64,000 nucleotides of DNA from positions 5,022,001-5,086,000 of the forward strand of contig OZ059897.1 of the NCBI GenBank assembly GCA_964057225.1. The letters run 5' to 3'. A program made the translations under genes and the position numbers. Positions 1-10,452 of this stretch are shown here, piece after piece. Source of the DNA: Auanema rhodensis. Its lineage: Eukaryota; Animalia; Nematoda. Position 1 is the first letter of the stretch. Each line of letters opens with the position of its first letter. Below the pieces are notes generated by a model. The model did not search any database and had not been told where the DNA came from. It worked only from the letters and a program-made list of their open reading frames with translations.

Positions 1-51
1 TCACGTGCACATTTAATTAGCATAAATTAAAGTTCACGTAAATTTCAAAGT

Positions 52-64
52 CATGGTTACCATG
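52..64. other. 13-bp dyad CATGGT-N-ACCATG (BstEII core GGTNACC), once per monomer
   Basis: Perfect 6-bp arms flank a central base, which is T or G (e.g. G at 1114). Confidence 0.9.
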
Positions 65-142
65 CACCAATATCAATAAAAATTTGTTTTTAGACTAATA
101 TGGACATGGGGAATCTAATTTTGAAAACCGCATCTCTTTATC

Positions 143-159
143 TTTCACGTGAAGCGAGT
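143..159 (+). other. CENP-B-box-like 17-mer TTTCACGTGAAGCGAGT (imperfect; recurs every 176 bp)
   Basis: It matches 7 of 9 core positions of NTTCGNNNNANNCGGGN and 11 of 17 of YTTCGTTGGAARCGGGA. It lacks the G of TTCG and one G of CGGG. Confidence 0.3.
144..153. promoter_or_regulatory. Perfect 10-bp palindrome TTCACGTGAA with a CACGTG E-box/G-box core (recurs every 176 bp); function unproven
   Basis: The sequence is seen directly. CACGTG is the established bHLH/bHLH-ZIP E-box and plant G-box. Binding here is not demonstrated. Confidence 0.4.
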
Positions 160-175
160 TACATACCAAGTGCAC

Positions 176-183
176 ATCACGTG
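176..183 (+). promoter_or_regulatory. Second E-box, (A/T)-(T/G)CACGTG, most often ATCACGTG, at the monomer junction (recurs every 176 bp); function unproven
   Basis: The sequence is seen directly. I saw no monomer in which this CACGTG core is altered; only flanking bases vary. Confidence 0.4.
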
Positions 184-3100
184 TACATTTAATTAGCATA
201 AATTGAAGTTCACGTAAATTTCAAAGTCATGGTTACCATGCACCAATATCAATAAAAATTTGTTTTTAGACTAATATGGACATGGGGAATCTAATTTTGA
301 AAACCGCGTCTCTTTATCTTTCACGTGAAGCGAGTTACATACCAAGTGCACATCACGTGTACATTTAATTAGCATAAATTAAAGTTCACGTAAATTTCAA
401 AGTCATGGTTACCATGCACCAATATCAATAAAAATTTGTTTTTAGACTAATATGGACATGGGGAATCTAATTTTAAAAACCGCATCTCTTCATCTTTCAC
501 GTGAAGCAAGTTACATACCAAGTGCACAGCACGTGTACATTTAATTAGCATAAATTAAAGTTCACGTAAATTTCAAAGTCATGGTTACCATGCACCAATA
601 TCAATAAAAATTTGTTTTTAGACTAATATGGACATGGGGAATCTAATTTTGAAAACCGCATCTCTTTATCTTTCACGTGAAGCGAGTTACATACCAAGTG
701 CACATCACGTGTACATTTAATTAGCATAAATTAAAGTTCACGTAAATTTCAAAGTCATGGTTACCATGCACCAATATCAATAAAAATTTGTTTTTAGACT
801 AATATGGACATGGGGAATCTAATTTTGAAAACCGCATCTCTTTATCTTTCACGTGAAGTGAGTTACATACCAAGTGTACATCACGTGCACATTTAATTAG
901 CATAAATTAAAGTTAACGTAAATTTCAAAGTCATGGTTACCATGCACCAATATCAATAAAAATTTGTTTTTAGACTAATATGGACATGGGGAATCTAATT
1001 TTGAAAACCGCATCTCTTTATCTTTCACGTGAAGCGAGTTACATACCAAGTGCACATCACGTGTACATTTAATTAGCATAAATTAAAGTTCACGTAAATT
1101 TCAAAGTCATGGTGACCATGCACTAATATCAATAAAAATTTGTTTTTAGACTAATATGGACATGGGGAATCTAATTTTAAAAACCGCATCTCTTTATCTT
1201 TCACGTGAAGCAAGTTACATACCAAGTGCATATCACGTGCACAATTAATTAGCATAAATTAAAGTTCACGTAAATTTCAAACTCATGGTTACCATGCACC
1301 AATATCAATAAAAATTTGTTTTTAGACTAATATGGACATGGGGAATCTAATTTTGGAAACCGCATCTCTTTATCTTTCACGTGAAGCGAGTTACATACCA
1401 AGTGCACATCACGTGTACATTTAATTAACATAAATTAAAGTTCACGTAAATTTCAAACTCATGGTTACCATGCACCAATATCAATAAAAATTTGTTTTTA
1501 GACTAATATGGACATGGGGAATCTAATTTTGAAAACCGCATCTCTTTATCTTTCACGTGAAGTGGGTTACATACCAAGTGCACATCACGTGTACATTTAA
1601 TTAGCATAAATTAAAGTTCACGTAAATTTCAAAGTCATGGTTACCATGCACCAATATCAATAAAAATTTGTTTTTAGACTAATATGGACATGGGGAATCT
1701 AATTTTAAAAACCGCATCTCTTTATCTTTCACGTGAAGCAAGTTACATACCAAGTGCACAGCACGTGTACATTTAATTAGCATAAATTAAAGTTCACGTA
1801 AATTTCAAAGTCATGGTTACCATGCACCAATATCAATAAAAATTTGTTTTTAGACTAATATGGACATGGGGAATCTAATTTTGAAAACCGCATCTCTTTA
1901 TCTTTCACGTGAAGTGGGTTACATACCAAGTGCACATCACGTGTACATTTAATTAGCATAAATTAAAGTTCACGTAAATTTCAAAGTCATGGTTACCATG
2001 CACCAATATCAATAAAAATTTGTTTTCAGACTAATATGGAGATGGGGAATCTAATATTGAAAACCGCATCTCTTTATCTTTCACGTGAAGCAAGTTACAT
2101 CCCAAGTGCACATCACGTGTACATTTAATTAGCATAAATTAAAGTTCACGTAAATTTCAAAGTCATGGTTACCATGCACCAATATCAATAAAAATTTGTT
2201 TTTAGACTAATATGGATATGGGGAATCTAATTTTGAAAACCGCATCTCTTTATCTTTCACGTGAAGCGAGTTACATACCAAGTGCACATCACGTGTGCAT
2301 TTAATTAGCATAAATTAAAGTTCACGTAAATTTCAAAATCATGGTTACCATGCACCAATATCAATAAAAATTTGTTTTTAGACTAATATGCACATGGGGA
2401 ATCTAATTTTAAAAACCGCATCTCTTTATCTTTCACGTGAAGTGAGTTACATACCAAGTGCACAGCACGTGTACATTTAATTAGCATAAATTAAAGTTCA
2501 CGTAAATTTCAAAGTCATGGTTACCATGCACTAATATCAATAAAAATTTGTTTTTAGACTAATATGGACATGGGGAATCTAATTTTGAAAACCGAATCTC
2601 TTTATCTTTCACGTGAAGCAAGTTACATACCAAGTGCACATCACGTGCACATTTAATTAGCATAAATTAAAGTTCACGTAAATTTCAAAGTCATGGTTAC
2701 CATGCACCAATATCAATAAAAATTTGTTTTTAGACTAATATGGACATGGGGAATCTAATTTTGAAAACCGCATCTCTTTATCTTTCACGTGAAGCGAGTT
2801 ACATACCAAGTGCACATCACGTGTACATTTAATTAGCATAAATTGAAGTTCACGTAAATTTCAAAGTCATGGTTACCATGCACCAATATCAATAAAAATT
2901 TGTTTTTAGACTAATATGGACATGGGGAATCTAATTTTGAAAACCGCATCTCTTTATCTTTCACGTGAAGTGAGTTACATACCAAGTGTACATCACGTGC
3001 ACATTTAATTAGCATAAATTAAAGTTCACGTAAATTTCAAAGTCATGGTTACCATGCACCAATATCAATAAAAATTTGTTTTTAGACTAATATGGACATG

Positions 3101-3764
3101 GGGAATCTAATATTGAAAACCGCATCTCTTTATCTTTCACGTGAAGCAAGTTACATACCAAGTGCACATCACGTGTACATTTAATTAGCATAAATTAAAG
3201 TTCACGTAAATTTCAAAGTCATGGTTACCATGCATTAATATCAATAAAAATTTGTTTTTAGACTAATATGGACATGGGGAATCTAATTTTGAAAACCGCA
3301 TCTCTTTATCTTTCACGTGAAGCAAGTTACGAACCAAGTGCACATCACGTGTACATTTAATTAGCATAAATTAAGGTTCACGTAAATTTCAAAGTCATGG
3401 TTACCATGCACCAATATCAATAAAAATTTGTTTTTAGACTAATATGGACATGGGGAATCTAATTTTGAAAACCGCATCTCTTTATCTTTCACGTGAAGCG
3501 AGTTACATACCAAGTGCACATCACGTGTACATTTAATTAGCATAAATTAAAGTTCACGTAAATTTCAAAGTCATGGTTACCATGCACCAATATCAATAAA
3601 AATTTGTTTTTAGACTAATATGGACATGGGGAATCTAATTTTGAAAACCGCATCTCTTTATCTTTCACGTGAAGTGAGTTACATACCAAGTGCACATCAC
3701 GTGTACATTTAATTAGCATAAATTAAAGTTCACGTAAATTTCAAAGTCATGGTTACCATGCACT

Positions 3765-6700
3765 AATATCAATAAAAATTTGTTTTTAGACTAATATGGA
3801 CATGGGGAATCTAATTTTGGAAACCGCATCTCTTTATCTTTCACGTGAAGTGAGTTACATACCAAGTGCACATCACGTGTACATTTAATTAGCATAAATT
3901 AAAGTTCACGTAAATTTCAAAGTCATGGTTACCATGCACCAATATCAATAAAAATTTGTTTTTAGACTAATATGGACATGGGGAATCTAATATTAAAAAC
4001 CGCATCTCTTTATCTTTCACGTGAAGCAAGTTACATCCCAAGTGCACATCACGTGTACATTTAATTAGCATAAATTAAAGTTCACGTAAATTTCAAAGTC
4101 ATGGTTACCATGCACCAATATCAATAAAAATTTGTTTTTAGACTAATATGGACATGGGGAATCTAATTGTGAAAACCGCATCTCTTTATCTTTCACGTGA
4201 AGCGAGTCACATACCAAGTGCACATCACGTGTACATTTAATTAACATAAATTAAAGTTCACGTAAATTTCAAACTCATGGTTACCATGCACCAATATCAA
4301 TAAAAATTTGTTTTTAGACTAATATGGACATGGGGAATCTAATTTTGAAAACCGCATCTCTTTATCTTTCACGTGAAGTGGGTTACATACCAAGTGCACA
4401 TCACGTGTACATTTAATTAGCATAAATTAAAGTTCACGTAAATTTCAAAGTCATGGTTACCATGCACAAATATCAATAAAAATTTGTTTTTAGACTAATA
4501 TGGACATGGGGAATCTAATTTTAAAAACCGCATCTCTTTATCTTTCACGTGAAGTGAGTTACATACCAAGTGCACAGCACGTGTACATTTAATTAGCATA
4601 AATTAAAGTTCACGTAAATTTCAAAGTCATGGTTACCATGCACTAATATCAATAAAAATTTGTTTTTAGACTAATATGGACATGGGGAATCTAATTTTGA
4701 AAACCGCATCTCTTTATCTTTCACGTGAAGTGGGTTACATACCAAGTGCACATCACGTGTACATTTAATTAGCATAAATTAAAGTTCACGTAAATTTCAA
4801 AGTCATGGTTACCATGCACAAATATCAATAAAAATTTGTTTTTAGACTAATATGGACATGGGGAATCTAATTTTAAAAACCGCATCTCTTTATCTTTCAC
4901 GTGAAGTGAGTTACATACCAAGTGCACAGCACGTGTACATTTAATTAGCATAAATTAAAGTTCACGTAAATTTCAAAGTCATGGTTACCATGCACTAATA
5001 TCAATAAAAATTTGTTTTTAGACTAATATGGACATGGGGAATCTAATTTTGAAAACCGCATCTCTTTATCTTTCACGTGAAGCCAGTTACATACCAAGTG
5101 CATATCACGTGCACATTTAATTAGCATAAATTAAAGTTCACGTAAATTTCAAACTCATGGTTACCATGCACCAATATCAATAAAAATTTGTTTTTAGACT
5201 AATATGGACATGGGGAATCTAATTTTGGAAACCGCATCTCTTTATCTTTCACGTGAAGTGAGTTACATACCAAGTGCACATCACGTGTACATTTAATTAG
5301 CATAAATTAAAGTTCACGTAAATTTCAAAGTCATGGTTACCATGCACCAATATCAATAAAAATTTGTTTTTAGACTAATATGGACATGGGGAATCTAATT
5401 TTAAAAACCGCATCTCTTTATCTTTCACGTGAAGCAAGTTACATACCAAGTGCATAGCACGTGTACATTTAATTAGCATAAATTAAAGTTCACGTAAATT
5501 TCAAAGTCATGGTTACCATGCACCAATATCAATAAAAATTTGTTTTTAGACTAATATGGACATGGGGAATCTAATTTTGAAAACCGCATCTCTTTATCTT
5601 TCACGTGAAGCAAGTTACATACCAAGTGCATATCACGTGCACAATTAATTAGCATAAATTAAAGTTCACGTAAATTTCAAACTCATGGTTACCATGCACC
5701 AATATCAATAAAAATTTGTTTTTAGACTAATATGGACATGGGGAATCTAATTTTGGAAACCGCATCTCTTTATCTTTCACGTGAAGTGAGTTACATACCA
5801 AGTGCACATCACGTGTACATTTAATTAGCATAAATTAAAGTTCACGTAAATTTCAAAGTCATGGTTACCATGCACCAATATCAATAAAAATTTGTTTTTA
5901 GACTAATATGGACATGGGGAATCTAATATTAAAAACCGCATCTCTTTATCTTTCACGTGAAGCAAGTTACATCCCAAGTGCACATCACGTGTACATTTAA
6001 TTAGCATAAATTAAAGTTCACGTAAATTTCAAAGTCATGGTTACCATGCACCAATATCAATAAAAATTTGTTTTTAGACTAATATGGACATGGGGAATCT
6101 AATTGTGAAAACCGCATCTCTTTATCTTTCACGTGAAGCGAGTCACATACCAAGTGCACATCACGTGTACATTTAATTAACATAAATTAAAGTTCACGTA
6201 AATTTCAAACTCATGGTTACCATGCACCAATATCAATAAAAATTTGTTTTTAGACTAATATGGACATGGGGAATCTAATTTTGAAAACCGCATCTCTTTA
6301 TCTTTCACGTGAAGTGGGTTACATACCAAGTGCACATCACGTGTACATTTAATTAGCATAAATTAAAGTTCACGTAAGTTTCAAAGTCATGGTTACCATG
6401 CACAAATATCAATAAAAATTTGTTTTTAGACTAATATGGACATGGGGAATCTAATTTTAAAAACCGCATCTCTTTATCTTTCACGTGAAGTGAGTTACAT
6501 ACCAAGTGCACAGCACGTGTACATTTAATTAGCATAAATTAAAGTTCACGTAAATTTCAAAGTCATGGTTACCATGCACTAATATCAATAAAAATTTGTT
6601 TTTAGACTAATATGGACATGGGGAATCTAATTTTGAAAACCGCATCTCTTTATCTTTCACGAGAAGTGGGTTACATACCAAGTGCACATCACGTGTACAT

Positions 6701-7722
6701 TTAATTAGCATAAATTAAAGTTCACGTAAATTTCAAAGTCATGGTTACCATGCACAAATATCAATAAAAATTTGTTTTTAGACTAATATGGACATGGGGA
6801 ATCTAATTTTAAAAACCGCATCTCTTTATCTTTCACGTGAAGTGAGTTACATACCAAGTGCACAGCACGTGTACATTTAATTAGCATAAATTAAAGTTCA
6901 CGTAAATTTCAAAGTCATGGTTACCATGCACTAATATCAATAAAAATTTGTTTTTAGACTAATATGGACATGGGGAATCTAATTTTGAAAACCGCATCTC
7001 TTTATCTTTCACGTGAAGCAAGTTACATACCAAGTGCATATCACGTGCACATTTAATTAGCATAAATTAAAGTTCACGTAAATTTCAAACTCATGGTTAC
7101 CATGCACCAATATCAATAAAAATTTGTTTTTAGACTAATATGGACATGGGGAATCTAATTTTGGAAACCGCATCTCTTTATCTTTCACGTGAAGTGAGTT
7201 ACATACCAAGTGCACATCACGTGTACATTTAATTAGCATAAATTAAAGTTCACGTAAATTTCAAAGTCATGGTTACCATGCACCAATATCAATAAAAATT
7301 TGTTTTTAGACTAATATGGACATGGGGAATCTAATTGTAAAAACCGCATCTCTTTATCTTTCACGTGAAGCAAGTTACATACCAAGTGCATAGCACGTGT
7401 ACATTTAATTAGCATAAATTAAAGTTCACGTAAATTTCAAAGTCATGGTTACCATGCACCAATATCAATAAAAATTTGTTTTTAGACTAATATGGACATG
7501 GGGAATCTAATTTTGAAAACCGCATCTCTTTATCTTTCACGTGAAGCAAGTTACATACCAAGTGCATATCACGTGCACAATTAATTAGCATAAATTAAAG
7601 TTCACGTAAATTTCAAACTCATGGTTACCATGCACCAATATCAATAAAAATTTGTTTTTAGACTAATATGGACATGGGGAATCTAATTTTGGAAACCGCA
7701 TCTCTTTATCTTTCACGTGAAG
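3765..7722 (+). repeat. 11-monomer (1936 bp) tandem duplication with an internal 2-monomer repeat
   Basis: Rare variants G121 (AATTGTG) at 4169/6105 and C160 (GAGTCAC) at 4208/6144 are both exactly 1936 bp apart. The intervening monomer variant patterns match. Confidence 0.9.
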
Positions 7723-7920
7723 CGAGTTACATACCAAGTGCACATCACGTGTACATTTAATTAACATAAATTAAAGTTCACATAAATTTCAAACTCATGG
7801 TTACCATGCACCAATATCAATAAAAATTTGTTTTTAGACTAATATGGACATGGGGAATCTAATTTTGAAAACCGCATCTCTTTATCTTTCACGTGAAGTG
7901 GGTTACATACCAAGTGCACA

Positions 7921-9432
7921 TCACGTGTACATTTAATTAGCATAAATTAAAGTTCACGTAAATTTCAAAGTCATGGTTACCATGCACCAATATCAATAAA
8001 AATTTGTTTTTAGACTAATATGGACATGGGGAATCTAATTTTAAAAACCGCATCTCTTTATCTTTCACGTGAAGCAAGTTACATACCAAGTGCACAGCAC
8101 GTGTACATTTAATTAGCATAAATTAAAGTTCACGTAAATTTCAAAGTCATGGTTACCATGCACCAATATCAATAAAAATTTGTTTTTAGACTAATATGGA
8201 CATGGGGAATCTAATTTTGAAAACCGCATCTCTTTATCTTTCACGTGAAGTGGGTTACATACCAAGTGCACATCACGTGTACATTTAATTAGCATAAATT
8301 AAAGTTCACGTAAATTTCAAAGTCATGGTGACCATGCACTAATATCAATAAAAATTTGTTTTTAGACTAATATGGACATGGGGAATCTAATTTTAAAAAC
8401 CGCATCTCTTTATCTTTCAAGTGAAGCAAGTTACATACCAAGTGCACAGCACGTGTACATTTAATTAGCATAAATTAAAGTTCACGTAAATTTCAAAGTC
8501 ATGGTTACCATGCACCAATATCAATAAAAATTTGTTTTTAGACTAATATGGACATGGGGAATCTAATATTGAAAACCGCATCTCTTTATCTTTCACGTGA
8601 AGCAAATTACATCCCAAGTGCACATCACGTGTACATTTAATTAGCATAAATTAAAGTTCACGTAAATTTCAAAGTCATGGTTACCATGCACCAATATCAA
8701 TAAAAATTTGTTTTTAGACTAATATGGACATGGGGAATCTAATTTTAAAAACCGCATCTCTTTATCTTTCACGTGAAGCAAGTTACATACCAAGTGCACA
8801 GCACGTGTACATTTAATTAGCATAAATTAAAGTTCACGTAAATTTCAAAGTCATGGTTACCATGCACCAATATCAATAAAAATTTGTTTTTAGACTAATA
8901 TGGACATGGGGAATCTAATTTTGAAAACCGCATCTCTTTATCTTTCACGTGAAGTGGGTTACATACCAAGTGCACATCACGTGTACATTTAATTAGCATA
9001 AATTAAAGTTCACGTAAATTTCAAAGTCATGGTGACCATGCACTAATATCAATAAAAATTTGTTTTTAGACTAATATGGACATGGGGAATCTAATTTTAA
9101 AAACCGCATCTCTTTATCTTTCAAGTGAAGCAAGTTACATACCAAGTGCACAGCACGTGTACATTTAATTAGCATAAATTAAAGTTCACGTAAATTTCAA
9201 AGTCATGGTTACCATGCACCAATATCAATAAAAATTTGTTTTTAGACTAATATGGACATGGGGAATCTAATATTGAAAACCGCATCTCTTTATCTTTCAC
9301 GTGAAGCAAATTACATCCCAAGTGCACATCACGTGTACATTTAATTAGCATAAATTAAAGTTCACGTAAATTTCAAAGTCATGGTTACCATGCACCAATA
9401 TCAATAAAAATTTGTTTTTAGACTAATATGGA
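7921..9432 (+). repeat. 4-monomer (704 bp) tandem duplication
   Basis: Variant A148 (TTTCAAGTG) occurs at 8420 and 9124. The G58 and CAAATTACATCCC variants repeat at the same 704-bp spacing. Confidence 0.9.
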
Positions 9433-10452
9433 TATGGGGAATCTAATTTTGAAAACCGCATCTCTTTATCTTTCACGTGAAGCGAGTTACATACCAAGTG
9501 CACATCACGTGTGCATTTAATTAGCATAAATTAAAGTTCACGTAAATTTCAAAATCATGGTTACCATGCACTAATATCAATAAAAATTTGTTTTTAGACT
9601 AATATGGACATGGGGAATCTAATTTTGAAAACCGCATCTCTTTATCTTTCACGTGAAGCAAGTTACATACCAAGTGCATATCACGTGCACATTTAATTAG
9701 CATAAATTAAAGTTCACGTAAATTTCAAACTCATGGTTACCATGCACCAATATCAATAAAAATTTGTTTTTAGACTAATATGGACATGGGGAATCTAATT
9801 TTGGAAACCGCATCTCTTTATCTTTCACGTGAAGTGAGTTACATACCAAGTGCACATCACGTGTACATTTAATTAGCATAAATTAAAGTTCACGTAAATT
9901 TCAAAGTCATGGTTACCATGCACCAATATCAATAAAAATTTGTTTTTAGACTAATATGGACATGGGGAATCTAATTTTAAAAACCGCATCTCTTTATCTT
10001 TCACGTGAAGCAAGTTACATACCAAGTGCATAGCACGTGTACATTTAATTAGCATAAATTAAAGTTCACGTAAATTTCAAAGTCATGGTTACCATGCACC
10101 AATATCAATAAAAATTTGTTTTTAGACTAATATGGACATGGGGAATCTAATTTTGAAAACCGCATCTCTTTATCTTTCACGTGAAGCAAGTTACATACCA
10201 AGTGCATATCACGTGCACAATTAATTAGCATAAATTAAAGTTCACGTAAATTTCAAACTCATGGTTACCATGCACCAATATCAATAAAAATTTGTTTTTA
10301 GACTAATATGGACATGGGGAATCTAATTTTGGAAACCGCATCTCTTTATCTTTCACGTGAAGTGGGTTACATACCAAGTGCACATCACGTGTACATTTAA
10401 TTAGCATAAATTAAAGTTCACGTAAATTTCAAAGTCATGGTTACCATGCACT

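Larger units (their letters stand above)
1..176 (+). repeat. Representative 176-bp monomer (57/176 G+C, ~32%, for the consensus)
   Basis: Read directly: positions 1-176 are followed at 177 by TCACGTGTAC. This copy differs from consensus only at position 8 (C). Confidence 0.99.

Noticed and set aside
75-80. AATAAA polyadenylation signal in each monomer
   Set aside because: It is a common hexamer in AT-rich DNA, and there is no transcript or gene context.
1-176. Identity with known satellites of similar length (Brassica CentBr 176 bp, honeybee AluI 176 bp, Arabidopsis CEN178, primate alpha 171 bp)
   Set aside because: I recognise no sequence similarity, and the consensus has no AAGCTT or AGCT site. 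Length alone is not evidence. A BLASTN/Dfam/Repbase search is needed to assign the family.
170-188. Z-DNA from alternating purine-pyrimidine runs, or G-quadruplex from GGGG
   Set aside because: The alternating runs are only 8 and 11 bp, out of phase and contain AT steps. There is only one G4 run per 176 bp.
100-192. 30-codon ORF in every monomer (MDMGNLILKTASLYLSREASYIPSAHHVYI*), not interrupted by any common variant
   Set aside because: It is short, and most recurrent variants in it are non-synonymous. The unit length is not a multiple of 3, so no long repeat protein is possible, and I recognise no domain. An ORF of this size is expected by chance.
176-310. Budding-yeast point-centromere layout (CDEI ATCACGTG, AT-rich stretch, TGTTTTT about 78 bp later)
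   Set aside because: The intervening DNA is well below the >90% AT typical of CDEII. The TGTTTTT is not followed by the essential CDEIII CCGAA core; the only CCG is about 40 bp further on. Point centromeres are also not tandemly arrayed.
874-891. Apparent swap of GTGCAC and GTGTAC (T173 with C8) as a micro-inversion
   Set aside because: The reverse complement of the consensus segment does not reproduce the variant. C8 also occurs without T173, so two stepwise substitutions suffice.
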